Positions 1-9,047 of a DNA stretch of 46,969 nt are shown here, one piece after another. Made by a program: the position numbers and the translations under genes. The DNA is from Candidatus Tectimicrobiota bacterium (GTDB taxonomy: Bacteria > JACPSX01). Numbering within the stretch: position 1 is the stretch's first letter; every line of letters begins with the position of its first letter. Location: NCBI GenBank assembly GCA_016193065.1, contig JACPSX010000094.1, forward strand, positions 1 through 46,969, in the 5' to 3' direction. Under the pieces are notes generated by a model that saw only the letters and a list, made by a program, of their open reading frames with translations, had not been told where the DNA came from and made no database searches.

Positions 1-388
1 TCAGATCGTTAAAGGATTTGATGGCAGGATCGACGACAAAGCGGATCGTGGTCCCGCCGACCCCCATGAACAAGAAGAAGTCCGTCCCGTCGTTGACGTT
101 GTAGGCGATCACGTTGTCAGGGGAGGTGCTTCCCAAATCCCACTTCCCGTCCCGGATCCCGGTCATCTGCTCCTTGGAGGATCGGGTGAAGGAGAGCTGC
201 AGCTTGATGTTGTTCTTGGCGAAAACCCCCTTTTCTTCGGCCACCATCAGGGGGAGGTTCGCCGTCCCCGGGAAGACGTGGACTTTGACCGTTTCGGCGC
301 CCCGGGCCACCGGCAGCGCCACGACCCATCCTGCCATTGTAGTAACCCAAAGCCCGAAGACAACTCCAGATAGCAAACGGGATTTCAT
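1..388 (-). CDS. NMT1/THI5-like ABC-transporter substrate-binding protein, N-terminal part (gene runs off the window start)
   Basis: Own minus-strand translation from ATG 388-386: MKSRLLSGVVFGLWVTTMAGWVVALPVARGAETVKVHVFPGTANLPLMVAEEKGVFAKNNIKLQLSF... This is a signal peptide followed by an SsuA/NMT1-type start. Paralogous to 19038-20045 and 45098-46090. GGAGGGG RBS at 394-400 (minus). Not in the ORF track because it is open at the window edge. Confidence 0.7.
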   Translation of the reverse strand, partial: MKSRLLSGVVFGLWVTTMAGWVVALPVARGAETVKVHVFPGTANLPLMVAEEKGVFAKNNIKLQLSFTRSSKEQMTGIRDGKWDLGSTSPDNVIAYNVNDGTDFFLFMGVGGTTIRFVVDPAIKSFNDL

Positions 389-468
389 CTTTGCCCCTCC
401 GTTCCCTCTTCGACCGGGTACCCGGTTTCCGGGTGAGCACGAACGGAGGAAGAACAATCGATGATTTC

Positions 469-497
469 CCGTTCATGCTGAGCTTGTCGAAGCATGA
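469..497. repeat. Degenerate copy of the CCGTTCRTG...CAYGAACGG hairpin repeat family
   Basis: ccgttcatgctgagcttgtcgaagcatga with stem catgct/agcatg. Same family as 12326-12359, 12390-12422 and 18875-18907. It lies just 3' of the E1-beta stop and could act as a terminator. Confidence 0.5.
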
Positions 498-520
498 GAG
501 TTACCTTTTCACGTGACCCG

Positions 521-1495
521 TTAAGAAACCAATGAGCGCACAGCCGCCTCGATCTTGTCCTCCGTGGGGGCGATGGCATTCTCCAGAACTCTGCTGAATG
601 GGACAGGAACATCCGCCCGCGTCACCCGCTTGATGGGCTTCTTCAGGGAACTGAAACCCTCCTCGGCGATGATGGCTGAGATCTCGGCAGCCACCCCGCA
701 GCTCCTGTGACATTCATCGACGACGACCACCCGCCCCGTCTTTGCCACCGAGGCCAGTATGGTCTCCTTGTCCAGAGGGACGAGCGTTCTGGGGTCCACG
801 ACTTCGACCTGGATCCCCTCGGCGGAAAGCTTCGCTGCCACCTGAAGAGAGCGCTGCACCATATAAGAAGTCGCCACCAGCGTGACGTCGCTCCCCACGC
901 GCTTGACGTCCCCCTGGCCGAAGGGGACCCGGTAATCCCCGTCGGGAACCGGCCCCTTGACCTCGAAGAGCAGGGAGTGATCCACGAACACAGTGGGGTT
1001 ATCACTGTGGATGGCGGTCCTGAGCAGTCCTTTGGCATCCGCCGGGCTCGTTGGAAGCATGATCTGGAGGCCCGGCGCGTTCCACAGCATGGCCTGCGGG
1101 CTGTGGGAGTGCTGGGCGGCCCCGCCCCCGCGCAGGCCGTGGAGAATGTGGAAAATCACCGGGACCCGGGTTTGTCCCCCGGACATGTAGAAAGCGTTGG
1201 CTGCCTCGTTTACAACCTGAGGCCAGGCCTGAAAGATGAAGCTTGCCGTGGCGATGTCCACGATCGGGCGAAGTCCGGCCATGGCAGCCCCGGTTCCAAT
1301 CCCCGCGATGCCGATTTCCGAAATGGGAGTGTCCTGAATGCGGGAAGGACCGAATTTCTCTTTAAGCTCATCCATGAGAACGCGCCGGGGGCTCAGGCCG
1401 AAAAAGTAGCTTCCCAGCAAGCAAACCCTCGGGTCGTTTTCCATGGCTTCTGAAAGCGCTTCTGCAACTGCCTCCGCGTAGCTGATCTCTCTCAT
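521..1495 (-). CDS. 2-oxoacid (pyruvate/acetoin-type) dehydrogenase E1 component, beta subunit
   Basis: 324 aa with a transketolase-like Pyr domain and C-terminal domain. Motifs DTPISEIGIAGIGTGAAMAGLRPIV and VPFGQGDVKRVGSDVTLVATSYMV. ATG at 1495. Confidence 0.9.
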   Translation of the reverse strand: MREISYAEAVAEALSEAMENDPRVCLLGSYFFGLSPRRVLMDELKEKFGPSRIQDTPISEIGIAGIGTGAAMAGLRPIVDIATASFIFQAWPQVVNEAANAFYMSGGQTRVPVIFHILHGLRGGGAAQHSHSPQAMLWNAPGLQIMLPTSPADAKGLLRTAIHSDNPTVFVDHSLLFEVKGPVPDGDYRVPFGQGDVKRVGSDVTLVATSYMVQRSLQVAAKLSAEGIQVEVVDPRTLVPLDKETILASVAKTGRVVVVDECHRSCGVAAEISAIIAEEGFSSLKKPIKRVTRADVPVPFSRVLENAIAPTEDKIEAAVRSLVS

Positions 1496-1541
1496 CGTAT
1501 CCCCCGATTCATGTACAATGTCCCATCAACGCGCTTAAGTG

Positions 1542-1628
1542 CCCCCTCTCCCACCCTCTCCGCACGCCCCGGGTACCCTCTGGGTGCCACCCGGGGTACC
1601 CGAGGGGGAGAGGACGAAGGTGAGGGGG
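1542..1628. repeat. REP-like palindromic element (CCCTCACC/CCTCTCC family) in the E1alpha-E1beta intercistronic gap
   Basis: The arm ccccctctcccaccctctcc (1542-1561) faces ggagaggacgaaggtgaggggg (1607-1628). The centre holds two GGGTACCC-containing cores related to the 27-mer shared by 10372-10398 and 18968-18994. Confidence 0.8.
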
Positions 1629-1646
1629 TATGATTTGGGAATCCTC

Positions 1647-2669
1647 TCAGGCAAAAATGTTTTCAAAAGCCGACTGTGGATCGGGCAGGGGGCTCTCCTT
1701 AGCAAACAGGACGCCTTTGCCGATCTCGGAGCGTACCTCGCTGTCCAGCTCGAGGATCTGCTCCCGGCTCAGGTGGCCGGCCTCCAGGATTTCTCTGCTG
1801 ATCCTCAGGACCGGGTCCTGCTTTTCATGCCACTGCCGGTGTTCCTGCGGGATCTTGCCCTTGTCCCAGGCCATGGTGAGGTCTGTAATTCCGGTGAGCA
1901 AGTCAGGCCACAGGGGCTTGCTGCCGGCCCAGCGGTACGTCTGGGCCTCGATGAAGGCCGGCCCCTTTCCCGCTCTGGCCCGGTTCAAGGCTTCGGACAT
2001 GGCTTGATGGACTGCTGCGGCATCCGTGCCGTCAATCACGCGGCTGGGAATTCCGTAGGGCGTTACGAGTTCGTTCAGGTGCCGGGCTGCGTTGGTGGAA
2101 CCGGAGTAATCGCTCGATTTGCGCTCGCCCAGGCCCAGGCTGTTGTTTTCGCACAGGAAGATGACCGGCAAAGACCACAGAGCGGCAATGTTGAAGGTTT
2201 CCGGGGCTGCCCCTTCCTCCAGGGCTCCATCGCCGAACAAGCAGATGCTCACGAAGTCTTTTTTCATCTGCTTGGAGGCATAAGCTGCCCCGGCGGCCAG
2301 GGGGATGACCCCGCCCACGACGGCCGAAGTCTGCAGGAAGCCCAATTCCCCGGGCAGAGCATGCAGGGTGCCTCCCTTCCCCTTGTTGTAGCCGGTGGCC
2401 TTCCCCATGATTTCGGCCAGCAGCCGCCCCGGGTCGGCCCCCCGGGCTAGAAGGTGTCCGTGATTGCGGTGGGTGGTGAAGGCCTTGTCGTCCGGCTGCA
2501 GCATCCTCATGGCCACAGCTCCGGTCACCTCTTCGCCGATATAGACATGGAAGTGTCCGAAGGATCCCCCCTCCCGGTGGAGCCCGATCAAGGATTCCTC
2601 AAAGCGGCGGATCAGGAGGCACCTGCGGAAAATATCCTTGATCTCGTCGCGGGGCAAGTTGGGTAGCAT
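1647..2669 (-). CDS. 2-oxoacid dehydrogenase E1 component, alpha subunit (TPP-binding)
   Basis: ORF-track 1647-3323 trimmed to ATG 2669, which has GGAGGA 8 nt upstream. The extra 218 codons run antisense into pckA. TPP motif GDGALEEGAAPETFNIAALWSLPVIFLCENN; also THRNHGHLLARG. Confidence 0.88.
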   Translation of the reverse strand: MLPNLPRDEIKDIFRRCLLIRRFEESLIGLHREGGSFGHFHVYIGEEVTGAVAMRMLQPDDKAFTTHRNHGHLLARGADPGRLLAEIMGKATGYNKGKGGTLHALPGELGFLQTSAVVGGVIPLAAGAAYASKQMKKDFVSICLFGDGALEEGAAPETFNIAALWSLPVIFLCENNSLGLGERKSSDYSGSTNAARHLNELVTPYGIPSRVIDGTDAAAVHQAMSEALNRARAGKGPAFIEAQTYRWAGSKPLWPDLLTGITDLTMAWDKGKIPQEHRQWHEKQDPVLRISREILEAGHLSREQILELDSEVRSEIGKGVLFAKESPLPDPQSAFENIFA

Positions 2670-2852
2670 GGGCACATCTCCTCCGTTGCAGTATAAAGAA
2701 CAGGCACCTTCCTTGAGATCAGACCTCTCGACATCCTCGGGACTCGAAGCGCTGAGAATGGGGCCAGTATATCGATTTTCCGGCCGGATCAAAAGGAAAA
2801 ATTGTCGTGGGCGCCGCCCTTCGGTTGCCGGGAGAATCCGCCGGACATAAAT

Positions 2853-2860
2853 TGTATAAT
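2853..2860 (+). promoter_or_regulatory. Extended -10 promoter element (TGtTATAAT) upstream of pckA
   Basis: attgTATAAT with TG at 2853-2854 and TATAAT at 2855-2860, 65 nt upstream of the pckA ATG. No good -35 element. Confidence 0.4.
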
Positions 2861-2924
2861 AGTCAATTACAGATTCCATCGGGAACCGTGGAAACCCCTG
2901 AATCCGGGCAAAAAGGAGGGAGTC

Positions 2925-4538
2925 ATGGAAGCCGTTGCCGATCGCGAGGGCCATTCTCTTGATCGTCATGGGATCAAGAACGTCAGCAATGTTTACTGGA
3001 ATCTCTCCACACCGGCCCTTTATGAGCAGATCGTGCGCCGGCGGGAGGGGATCCTGGCTCACCTGGGGCCCATCGTGGTCCGCACGGGGCACCACACGGG
3101 GCGCTCGCCCCGGGACAAGTTCATCGTGGACGAACCGACCAGCCGGGAGCACATCTGGTGGGGAAACGTAAACCGGCCTTTTGAGCGCAGCCGCTTTGAC
3201 GCCCTTTACCACCGGCTGCTTGCTTATCTCCAGGGTAAGGACGTTTTCGTACAGGATTGCTACGCCGGGGCTGATGAGCGCTACCGGGTCCCCATTCGTA
3301 TCATTACCGAGACGGCCTGGCACAGCCTATTTGCCCGCACCCTGCTGCTCAAGCCCGAAAGGGAAGAGCTGGCCGCATTCGAACCCGAGTTTACCATCAT
3401 GAACACCCCGCGCTTTCACGCTTTCCCCGAGGTGGATGGCACCAATTCGGAGGTCTTCATCATCGTCAACTTCGAGAAGAAGCTGGTGATCATCGGGGGC
3501 ACGAGCTATGCCGGGGAAATCAAGAAGTCCGCGTTCACGATCCTGAATTACGTCTACCCACAACAGGGAGTTTTCTCGATGCACTGCTCGGCCAACGTGG
3601 GTGCGGCCGGAGACGTGGCCATCTTCTTCGGTCTGTCGGGAACCGGCAAGACTACCCTGTCCGCCGACCCGCGCCGGGCCCTCATTGGCGATGACGAGCA
3701 CGGCTGGAGCGACCGGGGCGTGTTTAACTTCGAGGGAGGATGCTACGCCAAGGTGATTCACCTCTCCAAAGAGTCCGAGCCCGAGATATACCAATGCACC
3801 CGCCGGTTCGGTACGGTCCTGGAGAACGTGGCGATCGACGCAGTGACCCGGCACTTGAACCTGGACGACGATTCCCTGACGGAAAACACCCGGGCCGCCT
3901 ACCCGATCACCCATCTGGAGAATATCGTGCACTCGGGGACGGGAGATCACCCGAAAAACATCATTATGCTCACCTGCGATGCCTTCGGGGTCATGCCGCC
4001 CATCGCCCGCCTGACTCCGGAGCAGGCCATGTATCATTTCCTGTCCGGCTATACGGCTCGCGTGGCGGGGACTGAGAAGGGCCTGGGCAAGGAACCCGAG
4101 GCCACCTTCAGCACCTGTTTCGGGGCTCCTTTCCTGGTTCTGAGACCTTCCGTTTACGCCAATCTCCTCAGGGAAAACATTGCCAAACACGAGGTGAATT
4201 GCTGGCTGGTCAACACAGGGTGGACGGGAGGGTCCGTGGGGGAAGGCAGCCGGATCAAGATTGCCTATACACGCGCCATTGTGAACGCTGCCCTGGAGGG
4301 CAAGCTGGAAAACGTGCGTTACGAAACGGATCCCGTGATGGGGCTCAAGGTGCCGGTGGAATGTCCTGATGTGCCCTCAGAGTTGTTAAAGCCCCGCGAC
4401 ACGTGGAGGGACGGTCGGGCCTACGATGCCAAGGCCAATGAGCTGGCGGCCCGATTTGAGGAGAACTTCAGCCAGTACCAGGGGGACGTCTCCGAGGAAG
4501 TGAGAGCGGCTGGTCCCCGCGTCTTGGCTGTCCCCTGA
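2925..4538 (+). CDS. pckA: Phosphoenolpyruvate carboxykinase (ATP)
   Basis: 537 aa from ATG 2925, with AAAGGAGGG RBS at 2911-2920. Signatures: GLSGTGKTTLS P-loop, IGDDEHGW, LVNTGWTGG. Confidence 0.93.
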   Translation: MEAVADREGHSLDRHGIKNVSNVYWNLSTPALYEQIVRRREGILAHLGPIVVRTGHHTGRSPRDKFIVDEPTSREHIWWGNVNRPFERSRFDALYHRLLAYLQGKDVFVQDCYAGADERYRVPIRIITETAWHSLFARTLLLKPEREELAAFEPEFTIMNTPRFHAFPEVDGTNSEVFIIVNFEKKLVIIGGTSYAGEIKKSAFTILNYVYPQQGVFSMHCSANVGAAGDVAIFFGLSGTGKTTLSADPRRALIGDDEHGWSDRGVFNFEGGCYAKVIHLSKESEPEIYQCTRRFGTVLENVAIDAVTRHLNLDDDSLTENTRAAYPITHLENIVHSGTGDHPKNIIMLTCDAFGVMPPIARLTPEQAMYHFLSGYTARVAGTEKGLGKEPEATFSTCFGAPFLVLRPSVYANLLRENIAKHEVNCWLVNTGWTGGSVGEGSRIKIAYTRAIVNAALEGKLENVRYETDPVMGLKVPVECPDVPSELLKPRDTWRDGRAYDAKANELAARFEENFSQYQGDVSEEVRAAGPRVLAVP

Positions 4539-4620
4539 GCATTGTGTTGCACAAGTCTAGAGAATTGCGGCAACAAGAGAGCGCGGGGAAGAGTCCTCTG
4601 GGAAGCCGGGGAGGAAAATC

Positions 4621-5634
4621 ATGCCGGAGATTCGCCTGAACCCCATTACGGGAGACTGGGTCATCATTGCCACAGAGAGAGCCCGCAGGCCGGAGGAATT
4701 CGTCAAGAAGGAGGAAAAGAAGACTCTGCCGGCTTACAGCCCCGAGTGTCCTTTTTGCCCGGGAAACGAAGAGAAAACTCCCGGGGAGACCTTCCGCATC
4801 CATGATGGCACAAGCTGGCAGGTTCGGGTGGTTCCGAATAAATTTGCAGCGCTTTCCCGAGACGGAGAGCCGGATCACAAGGCGGTGGGACTCCGCAAAT
4901 CCCTCAACGGCGTTGGAGTCCACGAAGTCATCGTTGAAACTCCGCAGCACCATATGACCACTGCTTTGCTTCCCCCGGATCAGGTGCGGCGGATCCTCCA
5001 GGCCAGCCTGGATCGCTACCGGACCATTTATCAGGACCCACGCGTACAACAGGTGATCCTGTTTAAGAATCACGGAGAAGGTGCCGGGACGTCCCTGGAG
5101 CATCCCCACTCCCAGATCGTCGGCACTCCGGTTATTTCCTCAGAGATCCGCTTGCGCTTCGACCGCGCTCTCCGCTACATGGACGAGATGGGGGAATGCT
5201 TGTTTTGCCGGGTTCTCACGGATGAGCTGGAAGAGGAAACGAGAATCGTCGCGCAAAACTCGGGCTACGTGGCCTTCGTCCCCTACGCGGCGCTCTCCCC
5301 GTTTCATCTCTGGATCTTTCCACGGCGCCATCGCTCCTTTTTTGGAGGCCTCGAGGACTTGGAACTGGAACCGCTGGCCGAGTTGCTCCGCCTCACCCTG
5401 GCCAAGCTCTATTACGGTCTGAACAACCCGGACTATAACTACGTGGTGCGCTCAGTCCCCGCCGTGGATCCGAAGCGGGAATATTTTCACTGGTACATGA
5501 GCATCGTTCCCCGGCTCTCCAAAGCGGCGGGTTTTGAGCTCGGCTCAGGGATGTTCATCAACACGGCTCTGCCGGAGCAAAGTGCCAGGCTTCTCCGGGA
5601 AACCCAGATCCCCGCTCAGGAATCAGGCTTCTAG
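4621..5634 (+). CDS. Galactose-1-phosphate uridylyltransferase-family (HIT-like) nucleotidyl transferase/phosphorylase
   Basis: 337 aa. CPFCPGNE zinc knuckle, HEVIVETPQHH, and the HPHSQI His-x-His-x-Gln active site. Exact substrate (UDP-Glc or ADP-Glc) cannot be decided. GAGGAAAA RBS. Confidence 0.8.
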   Translation: MPEIRLNPITGDWVIIATERARRPEEFVKKEEKKTLPAYSPECPFCPGNEEKTPGETFRIHDGTSWQVRVVPNKFAALSRDGEPDHKAVGLRKSLNGVGVHEVIVETPQHHMTTALLPPDQVRRILQASLDRYRTIYQDPRVQQVILFKNHGEGAGTSLEHPHSQIVGTPVISSEIRLRFDRALRYMDEMGECLFCRVLTDELEEETRIVAQNSGYVAFVPYAALSPFHLWIFPRRHRSFFGGLEDLELEPLAELLRLTLAKLYYGLNNPDYNYVVRSVPAVDPKREYFHWYMSIVPRLSKAAGFELGSGMFINTALPEQSARLLRETQIPAQESGF

Positions 5635-5655
5635 CCTGCTCACGTAAGATCCTGT

Positions 5656-5684
5656 CCCGGTTACGACGGCTTTTCGGGTTTTTT
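5656..5684 (+). terminator. Weak intrinsic-terminator-like hairpin plus T-run after the galT-like gene
   Basis: cccggttacgacggcttttcggg followed by tttttt (5679-5684). The stem is only 4-5 bp. Confidence 0.25.
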
Positions 5685-5836
5685 GCTCTCCCCAGATAAG
5701 CTCCTCCGTACCCTTTCCGTTTCTTCAGGTGACCATTTGAAAGTCCCGAGAAAGGGTAGTTTCCTGTCTCGTAAGCTAATTTCATTAGGCTGATAGGTAA
5801 CTCACCTCATTTTTGTTAGGAAATAGCAAAGAATTG

Positions 5837-5870
5837 TTGACATTTGTTCGTCCGTTGGCAAAATGCCAAC
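5837..5870 (+). promoter_or_regulatory. Sigma70-like promoter with overlapping perfect palindrome (candidate operator) upstream of the HTH-PAS regulator
   Basis: TTGACA at 5837-5842, then a 16-17 nt spacer and cAAAAT/AAAATG. The palindrome GTTGGCA-aaa-TGCCAAC (5854-5870) covers the -10 region. Confidence 0.45.
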
Positions 5871-5894
5871 AATAGGGTTTTTCAGGGATGGGCG

Positions 5895-6629
5895 ATGGAA
5901 AACAAGATTCACGACAACTCCTTGCAGCTCTACCGCTTTATCCGGCTGGTTCTGGGAGAGGAAATCTCGGACAACCAGATTGCCCGCCTGTGGCACATGG
6001 ACGTGAAGAATTTCAACGACTTCAAAAAGGGGCGTCTCCCCGTGCCGCGAATCGAGCGCCTGGAAGCCCTGGCCGAGGTGCTGGGCGTCCCAAAAAGCCT
6101 TGTCTTCGAAGTGGCCGGCGGGGGGGATGCCGAAAAGGCCCTGGCGCTGGCCCGCAGCAACGATTTTCGGATGCTCTCCGAGGTGCTCTCGGAGAGCTTG
6201 GCCCGCTCCTTGCGGGAGCTGCGCGCCGCCGAGGAGCGCTTTCGCGCCATCATGGATGATTTTCCGGAGATGATTCAGCAAATCTCCCTGAGCCGGCGCC
6301 TGGAATTTGTGAACAAGCGCGCGCTTTGCCGTCTTAAGTATTCCCACGACTCCATCCTCTCCAAGAATCTGGAAGACCTCTGCCCTCCCGAGGAGGCAGG
6401 CCGGGTTGTTCATCATACCGACCAGGTCATCCGGGAGGGGGAGCACGTGTTGAAGACCTCGATGCTCACGGCCCAGGGAGAGCCCATCCCGGTTCTGCTC
6501 CACAGCACCCTGCTCCGGGATGGGAGCGGGCTTCCCTCGGGCATCCTGGGGTACTGGAAAGAGGTTGATGCGGAGGCCGGCAGGGAAGTTCTCCAGTGCT
6601 TCGCCTGCGTGACACCGCACGGTTCCTGA
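5895..6629 (+). CDS. Transcriptional regulator, N-terminal XRE-like HTH plus C-terminal PAS domain
   Basis: ATG 5895 (MENKIHDN...) chosen; the track start 5844 is a TTG inside the promoter. HTH-like ISDNQIARLWHMDVKNFNDFKKGR. PAS-like AEERFRAIMDDFPEMIQQISLSRRLEFVNKRALCRLKYS... Confidence 0.6.
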   Translation: MENKIHDNSLQLYRFIRLVLGEEISDNQIARLWHMDVKNFNDFKKGRLPVPRIERLEALAEVLGVPKSLVFEVAGGGDAEKALALARSNDFRMLSEVLSESLARSLRELRAAEERFRAIMDDFPEMIQQISLSRRLEFVNKRALCRLKYSHDSILSKNLEDLCPPEEAGRVVHHTDQVIREGEHVLKTSMLTAQGEPIPVLLHSTLLRDGSGLPSGILGYWKEVDAEAGREVLQCFACVTPHGS

Positions 6630-6645
6630 CAAGAAGGATCCAAGC

Positions 6646-6870
6646 ATGCCACTCTCAGAGAATTGGCGGCAGCAAGTTGAGGGTTCGAAGGTCCTGCAGC
6701 ACGTGCCGGGAAATGTGGAGCGTATCCTCTTCCGGCAGGAGGGGGTTCATCATTCCTGCCCGGCCTGCCGCTACGACGGGGCCTTGCAGCGTTGGGCCAT
6801 CTTCCCCAGCATTTGCCCCGGAGTGAGGGCCCGGGATGCTGATTACTGCCGGGGATGCCCGATTCTTTAA
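6646..6870 (+). CDS. Small Cys-rich protein (74 aa), possible zinc-ribbon
   Basis: MPLSENWRQQ...HHSCPACRYDG...SICPG...YCRGCPIL. Third-position GC is about 72% by hand count, like neighbouring genes. GAAGGA RBS 9 nt upstream. Its stop lies 14 nt before the next gene's ATG, with that gene's RBS in between. Confidence 0.4.
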   Translation: MPLSENWRQQVEGSKVLQHVPGNVERILFRQEGVHHSCPACRYDGALQRWAIFPSICPGVRARDADYCRGCPIL

Positions 6871-6884
6871 AAGAGGACTGGTCC

Positions 6885-8510
6885 ATGGGGAATACCACAA
6901 CGCTTTCGGACAACCCGCGGGTTTCTAACCCGGCAAACACCAACGGATCGAAGTCCGGTCTCCCGCCGGCGACTTCCCCCAAATCCGATCTCATGGGGCT
7001 GCAGAGCCTGCGCCCGGACGATCACTTTCACTCGTACCCGGAGTATTTTGTGGAGCGGCGCCACGAGGAGTGCATTCGCTGCCTGGTCTGCGTGCGTCAG
7101 TGCCCGTACGACTGCACCTACTACGATCCCGACCGGGACGTGGTGTACAACGTCCATCAGAATTGCGTGAACTGTAAGCGCTGCGTCGCCATGTGCCCGA
7201 CCCATTGCATCCGCATCGAGCGCTTCGACTCCGGATTCCGGGACAACGGCCATTGGGGAACCCACCTGGTCAGGGGGCTGCGCAAGCAGGCGGACACCGG
7301 AGGGGTCCTGCTCACCGGTTTGGGAAACGATCTGCCGTACCCGAGCTACTTCGACCGCATTGTTCTGGATGCCTCTCAGGTTACCAACCCTTCCATCGAT
7401 CCGCTGCGGGAGCCCATGGAGCTCAGGACGTACCTGGGCCGGAAGCCCGAATCCTACCGACCGGGCAGCCCGGGAGAAGTTTTCCCGAACATCCTATGCG
7501 AAATTCCCGTCCTCTTTGCTCCCATGTCCTTCGGAGCCATCAGCTACAACTTCCAGCATGGCCTGGCCCTGGCGGCCCAGGAGATGGGGACCTATTTCAA
7601 CACCGGTGAGGGGGGGCTCCACCCCGACTTCCGGAAGTTTCGCGATTCTGTGATCGTCCAGGTGGCCTCGGGGCGCTTCGGGGTCGATCCGGACTACCTC
7701 CTCAGCTCCGCGGCCTGCGAGATCAAGATCGGCCAGGGGGCCAAGCCCGGCATCGGCGGCCACTTGCCCGGGGAGAAGGTCAACGCGGAAATTTCCCGCA
7801 CCCGGATGATCCCCGTGGGGACCGACGCTCTGTCTCCCGCTCCCCAGCACGACATTTACTCCATCGAGGATCTTCGCCTGCTGATCTACGCCATCAAGGA
7901 AGCCACGGAATACACGCGCCCCGTGTCCGTAAAGATCGCCGCCGTCCACAACACGGCCGCCATCGTGAGCGGGATCGTGCGGGCGGGGGCGGATATCGTG
8001 GTGATCGACGGGTTCCGGGGAGGCACCGGGGCGGCCCCCATGATTATCCGGGATCACGTGGGGATCCCCGTCGAGGTAGCCCTGGCGCAAGCGGACCAGC
8101 GCCTTCGCGAAGAGGGGATCCGGCACCAGGCCTCTATTATCGCCGCGGGGGGGATCCGCAACAGCGCTGACGTGGTGAAAGCCATCGCCCTGGGGGCGGA
8201 CGCGGTCTACATCGCCACCTCGGCCATGATCGCCGTGGGCTGCACCCTGTGCCAGCAGTGCCACCGGGGGCTGTGCGCCTGGGGGATCACGACGAACCGG
8301 CCGGACCTGCTGCCGCGGCTGCCGGCCGATCAGGCCGCCGGCCGGCTGACCGGACTGCTGCGGGGCTGGCAGCACGAGATTCAGGAGATGTTGGGGCTCA
8401 TGGGTCTAAATTCCATCGAGAGCCTGCGGGGCAATCGTCTAAAGCTCAGGGGCGTGGGGCTCACCCAGCTCGAGCTGCAGACGCTGGGCATCCGGCAGGC
8501 GGGGTTGTAA
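6885..8510 (+). CDS. Glutamate synthase FMN-binding subunit (GltB domain-2-like) with N-terminal 2x[4Fe-4S] ferredoxin domain (archaeal-type split GOGAT)
   Basis: ATG 6885 preferred (AAGAGGA RBS). Motifs: CIRCLVCVRQCP, CVNCKRCVAMCP, KIGQGAKPGIGGHLPG, VIDGFRGGTGAAP, AAGGIRNSADVVKAIALGADAV. Confidence 0.88.
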   Translation: MGNTTTLSDNPRVSNPANTNGSKSGLPPATSPKSDLMGLQSLRPDDHFHSYPEYFVERRHEECIRCLVCVRQCPYDCTYYDPDRDVVYNVHQNCVNCKRCVAMCPTHCIRIERFDSGFRDNGHWGTHLVRGLRKQADTGGVLLTGLGNDLPYPSYFDRIVLDASQVTNPSIDPLREPMELRTYLGRKPESYRPGSPGEVFPNILCEIPVLFAPMSFGAISYNFQHGLALAAQEMGTYFNTGEGGLHPDFRKFRDSVIVQVASGRFGVDPDYLLSSAACEIKIGQGAKPGIGGHLPGEKVNAEISRTRMIPVGTDALSPAPQHDIYSIEDLRLLIYAIKEATEYTRPVSVKIAAVHNTAAIVSGIVRAGADIVVIDGFRGGTGAAPMIIRDHVGIPVEVALAQADQRLREEGIRHQASIIAAGGIRNSADVVKAIALGADAVYIATSAMIAVGCTLCQQCHRGLCAWGITTNRPDLLPRLPADQAAGRLTGLLRGWQHEIQEMLGLMGLNSIESLRGNRLKLRGVGLTQLELQTLGIRQAGL

Positions 8511-8513
8511 ACC

Positions 8514-9047
8514 ATGAAGCGGGTCTATCCGGTTGAAGAGCGCTGCATCAATTGCCATCTCTGCGAGGTGGCCTGCATCGTGAGCCACTCGCGCACGAAG
8601 ACAGCCCTGGGAGCCTACCAGGTGGAGAAGCTTTCTTTCAATTGGGTGCGGCCCCACGCCCTTGATCCGGCGGTGGCTCTGGCGGAGGGAACTCCTCTCC
8701 CCCTAAACCGCTGCCGCGTTGATGTGCAGGGCAGCGTCTTCATCTCCACCTCCTGCCGGCACTGCCAGGAGCCCGATTGCGTCAAGGCTTGCAAGAACGG
8801 CTCCCTCTACCTGGACGAGGTGGGCCGGGTGCTCCTGCGGGAGGATCACTGCGTGGGCTGCTGGATGTGCCTGATGGCCTGCCGCTACGGTGCCATCGAG
8901 CGCAACCCGTACGTGAAGAACGTCCCGGGGCAGGAAAGCAACGGCATCAACCATCACTGCGACCTGTGCCGCGACCGTTCCCATCCCGCCTGCGTCAGCA
9001 TTTGTCCCACCCAGGCCCTGGTGTATGAGGAGAGAGGGTCTTCATGA
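8514..9047 (+). CDS. 4Fe-4S dicluster protein (DmsB/HybA-like electron-transfer subunit)
   Basis: 177 aa. Cys clusters CINCHLCEVAC, CRHCQEPDCVKAC, CVGCWMCLMAC and CDLC..CVSICP. Confidence 0.85.
   Translation: MKRVYPVEERCINCHLCEVACIVSHSRTKTALGAYQVEKLSFNWVRPHALDPAVALAEGTPLPLNRCRVDVQGSVFISTSCRHCQEPDCVKACKNGSLYLDEVGRVLLREDHCVGCWMCLMACRYGAIERNPYVKNVPGQESNGINHHCDLCRDRSHPACVSICPTQALVYEERGSS

Noticed and set aside
5558-5785. 75-aa very basic minus-strand ORF downstream of the galT-like gene
   Set aside because: It overlaps the galT-like 3' end by 77 nt, has no RBS, and its Lys/Arg richness comes from reading an AT-richer intergenic stretch. No motif is recognisable.
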